From Candidatus Bathyarchaeia archaeon (GTDB lineage Archaea > Thermoproteota > Bathyarchaeia > Bathyarchaeales > Bathycorpusculaceae), in the NCBI GenBank assembly GCA_038882655.1, contig JAVZNT010000006.1:1-42179 (forward strand): 42,179 bases of DNA, in the 5' to 3' direction. The notes below the pieces were generated by a model, which ran no database searches, was not told the origin of the DNA, and worked only from the letters and a program-made list of their open reading frames with translations. Of this stretch, positions 1 to 8,287 are shown piece after piece; position 1 is the stretch's first letter; each line of letters starts with the position of its first letter. A program made the translations under genes and the position numbers.

Positions 1-802
1 ATATGACACAGGATTGTTTTGTTCTGCCGCTGCTATCCAAATTTACAAAAAACCAGTTTGGGCAATTTGCAGTCCATTTTCCATCTCTAAATAGGTTTAG
101 TTGTTTTGATGTGTTAGCAATAAAATCCGGATATTTTTCTTTTATTTTTAATAACTTATCGATGGTATTATTTCTTAGTTTTCCATAAGGCAACCATAAT
201 TGATCATTGTAAGAGAAAGGTGTATGAAATTGAAATGTGAAAGCTCTGGCGAAACTGTACCATTCATCGACAACATCTTCGACGCATCCATAGTTTAAAC
301 TGTTTATCGTCATGTTAATGACCACGTTCACTTCTGGATGGTCGAGAACGTTTTGTTTCACCTTACTGTATATTTTCATACCTCTGATTGCGTCGTGGAT
401 ACTTTCTGTTCCATCTATTGAAATGAAATATCCTGCACCAAAATCGGCTAATGGCATCGTCCCATTTGTCACTATAGTAACATAGCGCCATTTCATCTCG
501 CTGATAATGGCCTCAATAACGTCTGGTCTAAGAAGTGGTTCGCCACCTGTTAGACTAATGGACATTACATCGTTTTTTATGAATTTTTCCCTTACGACAT
601 TTCTCCATTCATCAACACTTAATTCTTTGCGAAGCGTCCTATTCAGCCACCAGTAACAATGTTTACATTTTAGATTGCAAAAATTTGTGATGTCGGCAGA
701 ACCAAATATGGGCAATTTTTTCTTTAAACATTTTATTTGAATTATTTTATAAGCAACTTTTGTAACGCCAACTAGTTTTTTCAAGTTAGAAGACACGCGC
801 AT
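1..802 (-). CDS. Radical SAM protein (3' end runs off the left edge of the window)
   Basis: Manual translation from ATG at 802: MRVSSNLKKLVGVTKV...DITNFCNLKCKHCYWW...SLTGGEPLLRPD...VTNGT...ISIDGTESIHDAIRG. Has CxxxCxxC, GGEP, TNG and SIDG motifs. Absent from the ORF track because no stop lies in the window. Confidence 0.9.
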   Translation of the reverse strand, partial: MRVSSNLKKLVGVTKVAYKIIQIKCLKKKLPIFGSADITNFCNLKCKHCYWWLNRTLRKELSVDEWRNVVREKFIKNDVMSISLTGGEPLLRPDVIEAIISEMKWRYVTIVTNGTMPLADFGAGYFISIDGTESIHDAIRGMKIYSKVKQNVLDHPEVNVVINMTINSLNYGCVEDVVDEWYSFARAFTFQFHTPFSYNDQLWLPYGKLRNNTIDKLLKIKEKYPDFIANTSKQLNLFRDGKWTANCPNWFFVNLDSSGRTKQSCVI

Positions 803-867
803 GACTAATTATTTTATTTGCCCTTTTTATTTTAGAATTTCTGGTAAATGTTTTTCAATGAGTATAT

Positions 868-981
868 TTACCTTCTCTTCTGTTTCTTACCACCACGAGC
901 TCTTCTAGTTTGATGCCCCCTCGCTTTGTCACGGCGAGCACTCTCTTTGGCTTTTCTACGGGAATCCTGTTCTCTACTCAT
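868..981 (-). CDS. Putative small, very basic protein (37 aa)
   Basis: MSREQDSRRKAKESARRDKARGHQTRRARGGKKQKRR*. GGAGAG lies about 9 nt upstream of the ATG. Fills the gap between the tRNA and the radical SAM gene. Confidence 0.45.
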   Translation of the reverse strand: MSREQDSRRKAKESARRDKARGHQTRRARGGKKQKRR

Positions 982-1094
982 GCGTCTTCATCTCTCCCAA
1001 ATATTAACAGCACCCCTTCTAAAAACCCTTCTGTTAAAAATACAAGTCTGCTTTTTCCTACTCGTATCAAATTACATTAATGGTTCGGCATAGG

Positions 1095-1218
1095 CGCCGG
1101 GGAGGGGATTCGAACCCCTACGAGCCCGAAGGCCCACTGGCTTCCTTGTCAAAGCCCCATTTCTAAACGGATTAGACGGATCTCGAGGCCAGCGCGTTAA
1201 CCACTCCGCCACCCCGGC
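1095..1218 (-). tRNA. tRNA-Ser(CGA) with 39-nt intron at canonical position 37/38 (intron 1143-1181)
   Basis: Reverse complement: GCCGGGG acceptor stem, anticodon arm CTGGC-CT-CGA-G/intron/A-GCCAG, long variable arm, GGTTCGAATCC T-loop, discriminator G. The mature length is 85 nt and the exon-intron junction forms a relaxed bulge-helix-bulge. Confidence 0.96.
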
Positions 1219-1254
1219 CCCTCACAAGTTAAAGGGTGCCAGATTCTAAAAGGG

Positions 1255-2058
1255 TTATGCCCTTATAAGCGATGGGAAAAGCCACTGCTTACCTTTAGCT
1301 TTCTTCTTTTCATCCCAATCGTGCAGAATTTTTACTGCCTTGTTGGCAACTTTTATGGCGTTTTCCTCACCCTCGCCCGGCTTGAATTCTCCTGTGCACC
1401 TATTAGCGTATACTGCGCAGACTGCCCCAGCCCTTAGGCCGTAAAGGTTTGCAAGTGTGTAGAGCGTGGCGATCTCCATTTCGAAGTTGAGCACCCCGGC
1501 CTCTTGCAAAATTTGGAGCATATTGGCTGTTTTGGTTTTTGTTGGGCGGTTCTGTCCAGCGTAAAAGTCTGATGTTGTGGCGGTTACGCCTACGTGGTAA
1601 TTATTTATGCCGAGGCTTTCAGCCGCCTCAATTAAAGATAACAAAACTTCATAGTTGGCTGCGGCGGGGTATTCTGGCATAATGTAACAGTTGCTTGTTC
1701 CATCAAGGCGAACAGCAGCCGATGAAATAACAAGGTCACCGCAACCTATGCCCTTTTGAATGGCGCCAGAGCTCCCCACACGTATAAAAGTGTGGGCACC
1801 TATAGCTGAAGCCTCATTAACAACTATCGCCATACACGCTGGCCCAATACCACTTGAAATAGCCGATATTGGAACACCTTTGTATTCGCCTGTGAAGCTT
1901 CGGAACTCCCTGCGGCATGAAATCTCTCTGGCTGAATCCCAAAGTTTTGCTATTTTTGGAACACGGTCTGGGTCGCCTGGAACAAGTAGATACTCTGACA
2001 AGTCGCCTTTTCTGCATGCTATGTGGTACTGCTTGCCGCTGGTCGAGGTTTGGTGCAC
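1255..2058 (-). CDS. udp: Uridine/nucleoside phosphorylase (PNP_UDP_1 family)
   Basis: QYHI, LVPGDPDRV, SSGIGP, FIRVGSSGA, DFYAGQ and NFEME motifs. Start reassigned to GTG at 2058 (GAGGTG Shine-Dalgarno upstream), which avoids overlap with the upstream gene. Confidence 0.9.
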   Translation of the reverse strand: MHQTSTSGKQYHIACRKGDLSEYLLVPGDPDRVPKIAKLWDSAREISCRREFRSFTGEYKGVPISAISSGIGPACMAIVVNEASAIGAHTFIRVGSSGAIQKGIGCGDLVISSAAVRLDGTSNCYIMPEYPAAANYEVLLSLIEAAESLGINNYHVGVTATTSDFYAGQNRPTKTKTANMLQILQEAGVLNFEMEIATLYTLANLYGLRAGAVCAVYANRCTGEFKPGEGEENAIKVANKAVKILHDWDEKKKAKGKQWLFPSLIRA

Positions 2059-2062
2059 CTTT

Positions 2063-3058
2063 TCACCTCTCAATTTGTAGTTTCTTTGGCATAGCCAAGT
2101 CCGCGACGTCAACGCTGTGCTCATATATTTGGTGCAAAGTTGAAACCGCAGCTAAAAGGTGAGGCATCACTTCAAGGCTTTGCCCCTTAGCACTTTTTTC
2201 GATAGCCACTAAGGCCTTTTCTACCTCCTCCCTCATGTTTCGCACATCTTCCGCTAAGCCAGTATCGCCGGCAAAGAAAGCCTTTAGGGCGTTTTCGTGA
2301 GCCTTGAAGCAGAGGGCATGAAAATCAACAATAAGTCTCTTCAAATCCTCATCAAATTTTGCCCCTTTTAACTCTGCTACTTTAAAGGCTGTACGGACGC
2401 ATTCGTCCCCTATGGTTTCCACCAGGCTTGCGGCTAGGCGGTAGTCGAGGCATTCAATGGGCTGAACCCCAAGTTTTTCGCTTAAGCTTGGATTTTGGAT
2501 AATGGTTCGAAGAATCCTTACAAGGAGAAAGTAAAGTCTGTTGACTTCCTCGTCGCGTGCTATTACACTTTTTGCCATGTGCGCATCACCGTCAACAAGG
2601 GCGTTCACAACATCCCGGTGCATTCCCATAACTATCGAGTAGCCCCTCCGCAGAATCTTCTCCGGCGGAAAACTGGAAGGCTCAAGCAAACATTGCAAAA
2701 CAATCTTTGAGTAATCCTCCTCAATTATTTCGAGACCTACCAAGCGGCTGGCAGCCTTCTTAACGCTTTCACGAACCTCAAAGCTTATGGGCTCTTTACC
2801 CTCCACACGGATAATGTCATATCCGAGCAAATATTTTCCAACGATTTCACGGCTTAAATATGGCCCCGGCTTTAAAACAATAGTGCGGAGGGAGGGAGCT
2901 ACTCTATATTCCGGGTCTATGAGAAGTTTGCCATCACTGGTCTCGTTTACCGCCACCGCGGATCCACGTTTCAACCCGTAACGCTCAGCCCACTCTTTTG
3001 GTATGCAAACAAAGAAGGTCCCACTCGGCGTCCGCTGAACCTTGCGAATAGTACCCAA
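2063..3058 (-). CDS. Phosphate uptake regulator, AbrB/SpoVT N-terminal domain plus tandem PhoU domains
   Basis: N-terminal RKVQRT..GTFFVCIPKEW (AbrB-like); RDEEVNRLYFL and ETIGD PhoU repeat motifs. Confidence 0.88.
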   Translation of the reverse strand: MGTIRKVQRTPSGTFFVCIPKEWAERYGLKRGSAVAVNETSDGKLLIDPEYRVAPSLRTIVLKPGPYLSREIVGKYLLGYDIIRVEGKEPISFEVRESVKKAASRLVGLEIIEEDYSKIVLQCLLEPSSFPPEKILRRGYSIVMGMHRDVVNALVDGDAHMAKSVIARDEEVNRLYFLLVRILRTIIQNPSLSEKLGVQPIECLDYRLAASLVETIGDECVRTAFKVAELKGAKFDEDLKRLIVDFHALCFKAHENALKAFFAGDTGLAEDVRNMREEVEKALVAIEKSAKGQSLEVMPHLLAAVSTLHQIYEHSVDVADLAMPKKLQIER

Positions 3059-3137
3059 TCCTCATCACACCATAATGCGTGCAACTACGAATATCAACAA
3101 ATTTAAACAAAACTTCAATATATAAACGTAAGCGTAA

Positions 3138-3734
3138 GTGTTAAAATTGGAAAACAAAGTTATAATTGGTATAGACTTGGCTGGCAAAGAGAAGAACCCC
3201 ACGGGATTAGCAATTTTACGAAACAAAAGCGTGGAAACATGCCTAATTTGCACGAACAAGGAAATTTTTGAAAAGGTAATTCGTGCAAACCCAAAAATCG
3301 TGGCAATAGACGCGCCACTTAAACTTCCAAAAAATGGGATTTTTAGAAAAGCGGACAAGAAGCTAATCAAAAACGGTTACCGCGTTTTTCCACCTGGTTT
3401 ACCGGCTATGAAAACGTTAACTCGTCGGGCAATTAGGCTAAATAGGTTAATAACAGAGGCGGGTATACAAACAATAGAAGTGCATCCCACCTCAACGAGA
3501 AAGGCTTTAGGCATGCCAACAAAAGACTGGAAAGTCATTCAAAATATTCTAAAACGTATTGGCCTAGTCGGATCGCTGAGTAAGCACCCATTAACGCCGC
3601 ATGAAATAGACGCCATAACAGCAGCCCTAACTGGTTATCTTTACATGAAAGGCCTAGCAGAAAGCGTGGGAGACCGCGAAGAAGGCTACATTGTAATTCC
3701 AATAAAGCGTGATTGGAGAGAGCTGAGGCTATGA
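3138..3734 (+). CDS. DUF429-like predicted nuclease (RNase H fold)
   Basis: IIGIDLAG, VAIDAPL, IEVHP and HEIDA motifs. Stop overlaps the DP1 start (ATGA). Confidence 0.8.
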   Translation: MLKLENKVIIGIDLAGKEKNPTGLAILRNKSVETCLICTNKEIFEKVIRANPKIVAIDAPLKLPKNGIFRKADKKLIKNGYRVFPPGLPAMKTLTRRAIRLNRLITEAGIQTIEVHPTSTRKALGMPTKDWKVIQNILKRIGLVGSLSKHPLTPHEIDAITAALTGYLYMKGLAESVGDREEGYIVIPIKRDWRELRL

Positions 3735-5314
3735 ACTTTTCTGAAAAACTTCAAAGGGCTGTAGAACTCACTATTTCGGCAGGGTATCAACTTAACAAAG
3801 AGGCCTTCGAGTTCTTAAATGAGGCATCTGCAACCGAAGATCCGGTAGAAATTATAAGCAAAGCTTTAGCCAAAATAGAGACATTGAAGGATAAGCCGCT
3901 TTTCATTGAAAGAAGCTTTCTAGAAGAGCTTGTAAAAACGCCCGGATACATTGAACGCTCCGATTTAGCACCGCAGATTAAGGAAGATGTGTCCCAACAA
4001 GCAATTCCTCAAGGGCAACATGAGCAGCCGCAATTAATCCTTGAGGGGAAGAGGCTTTTCCGTCCATACGCAAAAGAAGTGGATGCTGAAATTAAGATAA
4101 TTGAGGACTCTGGTGGCAAGCTAAGCTCAAGCGGGACAATGGAAGATTACCTTGAATACTTTCGGGATAGGTTTAAGCGAATCGAAAAGTTGTTGAAGCA
4201 AAGAATAGACACGAGGGGGGCCGTTTCAATTGCTGACGCGTTAAGAGCCCCTTCCAACATGAAGCTTAAAGTTATTGGCATGGTAATGGAGAAAAGAGAG
4301 GCAAGACAAAAAATTCTCTTAACATTAGAAGATTTAAGTGCAAATGCCACTGTTCTGGTGCCGCAAAATGCTCCACCAGACCTTTTAAACAAAGCTAGAA
4401 GCCTTTTGTTGGATCAGGTTGTCTGCGTTGATGTTACGAAAACGCGTGGAAACTTGTTAATAGCTGAAGAAATTATTCTTCCAGACATCGCCCCAAAAAG
4501 TCAAAATAAGGCTCCGGTTCCGGTTTACGCCGTGCTCACTTCAGACATGCATGTAGGCAGCGTAAAATTTCGGGAAGAACTTTTCAGTAAGTTTGCTTCG
4601 TGGCTAAAGGGCGAATATGGAAATGGGCAAATGCAAGAAATAGCTAGCCACGTGAAATATGTTTTGATAGCCGGTGACATTGTTGATGGGATAGGAGTCT
4701 ACCCAAACCAAGCAAAGGAACTAGCCATAAAAGATATTTATGGGCAATATAGGGTAGCTTCCAAACTCATCAAGCAAATCCCGGACTACATAGAAGTGAT
4801 AATTATTCCGGGAAACCACGACGCCCCAAGAAAGGCTTTACCCCAACCGCCAATATCCGACGCCTTTCTAGAGAAGTTACATGACGCAAGCAACATTCAC
4901 TCTGTCGGAAACCCATGCCTCCTAAGTCTTCACGGCGTCGAAGTCCTCATGTATCACGGCCGAAGCCTCGACGACATAATCTCTATAGTTCCGGGGATAA
5001 ATTATACTCATCCAGAAAAGGCTATGACATTGCTTTTGCAGTGTCGCCACTTGGCGCCAGTTTATGGGGGGAAAACGCCGTTGGCGCCTGAGAGCAGAGA
5101 CTGCCTTGTTATAGAGCGGGTGCCCGACATTTTCCATGCGGGCCACATCCATACAGTTGGGCACACAAATTATAGAGGTGTAACTATTATTAACTCTGGT
5201 TGTTGGCAAGAGCAGACAGACTACATGCGAAGGCAAGGGTTTAGTCCCATGCCGGGCTTAGTTCTTGTGGTAAATCTCCAAACTTTGGGTGTTAGAATTA
5301 TCCCATTTACCTAA
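3731..5314 (+). CDS. polD1: DNA polymerase D small (proofreading exonuclease) subunit DP1
   Basis: YFRDRF, OB-fold region, and calcineurin-like phosphoesterase motifs SDMHVGS, AGDIVDGIGVYPNQ, PGNHD, YHG, RHLAP, GHIH, NSGCWQ. Confidence 0.96.
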   Translation: MNFSEKLQRAVELTISAGYQLNKEAFEFLNEASATEDPVEIISKALAKIETLKDKPLFIERSFLEELVKTPGYIERSDLAPQIKEDVSQQAIPQGQHEQPQLILEGKRLFRPYAKEVDAEIKIIEDSGGKLSSSGTMEDYLEYFRDRFKRIEKLLKQRIDTRGAVSIADALRAPSNMKLKVIGMVMEKREARQKILLTLEDLSANATVLVPQNAPPDLLNKARSLLLDQVVCVDVTKTRGNLLIAEEIILPDIAPKSQNKAPVPVYAVLTSDMHVGSVKFREELFSKFASWLKGEYGNGQMQEIASHVKYVLIAGDIVDGIGVYPNQAKELAIKDIYGQYRVASKLIKQIPDYIEVIIIPGNHDAPRKALPQPPISDAFLEKLHDASNIHSVGNPCLLSLHGVEVLMYHGRSLDDIISIVPGINYTHPEKAMTLLLQCRHLAPVYGGKTPLAPESRDCLVIERVPDIFHAGHIHTVGHTNYRGVTIINSGCWQEQTDYMRRQGFSPMPGLVLVVNLQTLGVRIIPFT

Positions 5315-5844
5315 GATAGACCACGCGCAATTAGCCTAACAACACGGAGGGGTTCCGGTACACGGCCACAAACAACAAAATTTGCTATCAAGCGGCTGGC
5401 CCATTCTTTTTCCGCACCAACAACCTCAAAAAATAATGGAGGCCCCTCATCTAACACTCTTATTTCGTGGATAGGACCTAATTTTGCAAAAACCTCCCAT
5501 CGTTTTTGCCAATCTCTAAAATGGCGCATAAGTGCTCGTTTAACCGCCTTGTTATCGGGCTTCGTCTTCGCCACAACAATAATTGGCTTGCAAAACTCTT
5601 CGTAGAGAACTATGGGGTTTATTATGTTAAAGCCGGCAAAGGATACCCCAGCAAGCATAACCGCCCCAAAATCCCATTGTTTTAAAATGTCGGCGGCTTT
5701 TTCTGTTGCATCCAAGCCGTCAACGGTTATCCGGTTGAAAGCCACATCCTCAATCGTTAACCCCTTAAAAAGAACAGCGGCTAAAAGAGCCTTCTTAGTA
5801 ACGCCTTTCACAAAGCTTCCCTCTTCAATTCCTACTACCCGCAT
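5311..5844 (-). CDS. DUF99 family protein (endonuclease V-like fold)
   Basis: VVGIEEG, ITVDGLDAT, GVSFAGFNII and PEPLRVVRLIARG motifs. Start uncertain (5844-5874); overlaps the cdc6 3' end. Confidence 0.85.
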   Translation of the reverse strand: MRVVGIEEGSFVKGVTKKALLAAVLFKGLTIEDVAFNRITVDGLDATEKAADILKQWDFGAVMLAGVSFAGFNIINPIVLYEEFCKPIIVVAKTKPDNKAVKRALMRHFRDWQKRWEVFAKLGPIHEIRVLDEGPPLFFEVVGAEKEWASRLIANFVVCGRVPEPLRVVRLIARGLS

Positions 5845-7075
5845 CTTTTGAAAGGCATTTTGGTTCATAATCAATCAAGCGCCAAAGTCTACTGTCATTA
5901 GAGAAGGCTTCTTTAATAAGGGTGCGCGTTACCTCCATGCGGATTTTCTTTGTTCGCCCATAACGCCCCATGCTTACAACCTGCGCGTTCAGCAGCCCCA
6001 AAGCGTCAAGTTCGTTAACCAAAGTGCTTACACGCCTCTGGGTTAAAGGCGTTACAGCCAATTCGCTGCAAAGCTCATTATACACCTCGTATATTTCACC
6101 TGTGACCGTCCGGTAACCATTTGCCCTAACAAGGTGATAAACACTTAACATTACAAGCTTTGAATGTAGAGTCAAATTTGCCAAAGCATCAACAATTCTA
6201 TTATGCTCTATCAGTCTCTCAGCCTCACGGACATGCTCCTCTGTAACAGTGCTTGCACCTTTACGTTCTGCAACTTCACCCGCAACCCTCAGCAAATCCA
6301 GAGCCCTCCGAGCATCACCATGCTCAGCAGCGGCCAAAGCCGCGCAAAGGCTTAAGGCGCCCTCGCTAAGGGACTCTTCGCGAAACGCCATCCGCGCCCG
6401 CTCATCTAAAATATTCCGCAACTCAGCCGCATTGTAGGGCCTAAAGACCATTTCCTCCTCACTTAGCGAGCTTAAAACTCGAGGATCCAAGAATTCTTTG
6501 AGGCGCAGGTCATTGGATATGCCGATTATAGAAACTTTGCTTTGAGTTAATGTTTCGTTAATTCTTGTAAGTTCGTATAGAAGGAGGTCGCTTCGTGTTT
6601 TTACTATAGCGTCCACTTCGTCGAGGGCTATAATCAGTATCCTTTTAGCCGTATCCAAGCCTTGCTTAAACCTGTCAAAAACCTCGCCCAGAGATAGCCC
6701 AGTGAATGGGACTGTTTGGCGAATACTCTGGCATAAGCTTGCGAGAACCCGGTACTCCGTTCCCGCTAAGCGGCAATTTGCGTAGCAGAAACTTACAGGT
6801 GCTCCGATCTCTTTAGCCTTAGCTTCTAAACGGTTTAAGACATATTTTGTTACAGCCGTCTTACCAGTCCCCGTCTTTCCGTAAACAAAAATATTGGAGC
6901 AGCGTGCACCCTTCAAAACCGGTGCTATAGCCTCCCCAAGTCTTCTAATCTGCTCTTCACGATGAGGAAGCCTTTCAGGCAAATAATCGTGACGAAGAAC
7001 TTCCCGGTCTTTAAACACGCCTACCGTGTTGCAAAATCTTTCAAAGACCTCATCGAGTATGCCCATGTCGTTCAT
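5825..7075 (-). CDS. cdc6: Orc1/Cdc6 replication initiator
   Basis: YLPERLPHRE, Walker A GKTGTGKT, Walker B LDEVD, GDARRALDLLR and C-terminal wHTH (GRYGRT). Likely start is ATG 7075 after GGAGGAAGG. Confidence 0.97.
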   Translation of the reverse strand: MNDMGILDEVFERFCNTVGVFKDREVLRHDYLPERLPHREEQIRRLGEAIAPVLKGARCSNIFVYGKTGTGKTAVTKYVLNRLEAKAKEIGAPVSFCYANCRLAGTEYRVLASLCQSIRQTVPFTGLSLGEVFDRFKQGLDTAKRILIIALDEVDAIVKTRSDLLLYELTRINETLTQSKVSIIGISNDLRLKEFLDPRVLSSLSEEEMVFRPYNAAELRNILDERARMAFREESLSEGALSLCAALAAAEHGDARRALDLLRVAGEVAERKGASTVTEEHVREAERLIEHNRIVDALANLTLHSKLVMLSVYHLVRANGYRTVTGEIYEVYNELCSELAVTPLTQRRVSTLVNELDALGLLNAQVVSMGRYGRTKKIRMEVTRTLIKEAFSNDSRLWRLIDYEPKCLSKDAGSRN

Positions 7076-7224
7076 TGTCTTCCTTCCTCCTCTGTGCAGT
7101 TTCATTTCAAAGCGTGTACGCCTTTACTTTCAGAGTGCCAAAATAAGGCATGTCATACAGAAAAGTGAACAAGTAACAGAAAAATCCTAAAATTCGATGG
7201 TTGGTTTGATGCGAGAAGGGAGAC

Positions 7225-7245
7225 ACCCCTTTGCTTCAACTGGAA
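7225..7245 (-). promoter_or_regulatory. Origin recognition box ORB1
   Basis: Minus strand reads TTCCAGTTGAAGCAAAGGGGT, matching the archaeal ORB pattern TTCCAG..GAAA plus a G-string. Confidence 0.85.
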
Positions 7246-7411
7246 ACTCTTAAGTTTAATTGTGGAAGTTTGTGTTTCTTCAGGAAGAAAGAAAATACTC
7301 TGAAAGGTTAGAACTATCTTAAAATTAAAAATATTCTCGTAGAAGTTTTTATACCTAAACTGTAAAATACTTCGTAACCAACTTTTGTTAGACTTTTACC
7401 TTTAAACAATC

Positions 7412-7433
7412 TTCCAGCGGAAACCATGGGGTA
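7412..7433 (+). promoter_or_regulatory. Origin recognition box ORB2
   Basis: TTCCAGCGGAAACCATGGGGTA. Confidence 0.9.
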
Positions 7434-7627
7434 ACTCCCTACACGGTTCACTATGCAAACTGGGCAAGGGTGCTTGCACTGCAGAGCATCTGTCACGATG
7501 CAGAAAGAGGAATCCTATTTTTGTTCACGGTTTGTGAAAATATTGTGAAGTTGACTTGGTTTTTGCGTTTTTGTTTCCTTAGTTTCTATAATGTTGCCAT
7601 TTTTATGCCTCTTCTCTGTGAAAACGC

Positions 7628-7649
7628 TACCCCATAGTTTCTACTGGAA
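7628..7649 (-). promoter_or_regulatory. Origin recognition box ORB3
   Basis: Minus strand reads TTCCAGTAGAAACTATGGGGTA; 19/22 identical to ORB2 and inverted relative to it. Confidence 0.9.
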
Positions 7650-7843
7650 AGAGCAAATATAGTTTCCATTTTCCCTATTTGCATACAAGAACTTTTCTGT
7701 GAAGTTTGTGAGCCTGAATCTTTGAAAATTAAGCTCCTTACATCATTTCCGGTTTAAAATAGGCTTTTCAAATTGCCTAGGTTCACCGTAATAGCTATAT
7801 CTTGCGAAGTGCAAACTTGTGAAAAGAATTTACAGGTGCCATC

Positions 7844-8281
7844 ATGGTGCCAGCGAGGAAGATGCGGATCGAGGTATTCGACAGTGAAGGCAATAAATAT
7901 AGCGTAGCTTTTGAGGGGCAGATTACACGCGATAAAGCACTTCGCTTATTAGATCTGGTGGAGTTATTGGGTGGAGTTACAGCAAGTGGAGCCAATTCAG
8001 GTTTTAACCTTACAACTGTTGAAAAATCAAAATATGATAAGCTGTTAGCTGTTCTCCAGAGGCATTTTCCAATGGTATGGTTCTCATCAAAGGAGGTTCA
8101 AGCAGCCTACGAACAAGAGTTTAATGAGCCTATAAACCTTAGCACGGTAGCTACTTACCTTTCCAGAATGGCTGGCAGGGGGGTGCTCGTAAAAACTGGC
8201 GCCTCTAATCGCCTCAAATACAAAATTGCACCCAGTCCTCCCCGAGTCATGGTGAAGCACCATATACCAGACGAGGGTTAA
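7844..8281 (+). CDS. Uncharacterised protein with small N-terminal beta-beta-alpha domain and C-terminal winged helix
   Basis: C-terminal half FSSKEVQAAY..INLSTVATYLSRMAGRGVLVKTG..LKYK has the BlaI/CopY-like wHTH pattern. A Gly/Ser-rich linker separates it from the N-terminal domain. AGGTG Shine-Dalgarno upstream. Confidence 0.75.
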   Translation: MVPARKMRIEVFDSEGNKYSVAFEGQITRDKALRLLDLVELLGGVTASGANSGFNLTTVEKSKYDKLLAVLQRHFPMVWFSSKEVQAAYEQEFNEPINLSTVATYLSRMAGRGVLVKTGASNRLKYKIAPSPPRVMVKHHIPDEG

Positions 8282-8287
8282 TAGCTT

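Larger units (their letters stand above)
7076..7843. other. Chromosomal replication origin (oriC)
   Basis: About 770 bp AT-rich non-coding region directly upstream of cdc6 with three ORB elements. Two of them are inverted around a T-rich tract. Confidence 0.9.

Noticed and set aside
3-188. 61-aa plus-strand ORF
   Set aside because: Antisense shadow of the radical SAM gene; no recognisable motifs.
7095-7140. Possible extra mini-ORBs near the cdc6 start
   Set aside because: They lack the TTCCA core, so the similarity is too weak to call.
7314-7496. 60-aa ORF with Cys residues inside the cdc6 upstream region
   Set aside because: It overlaps ORB2 in an AT-rich origin and has no family resemblance, so it is most likely spurious.
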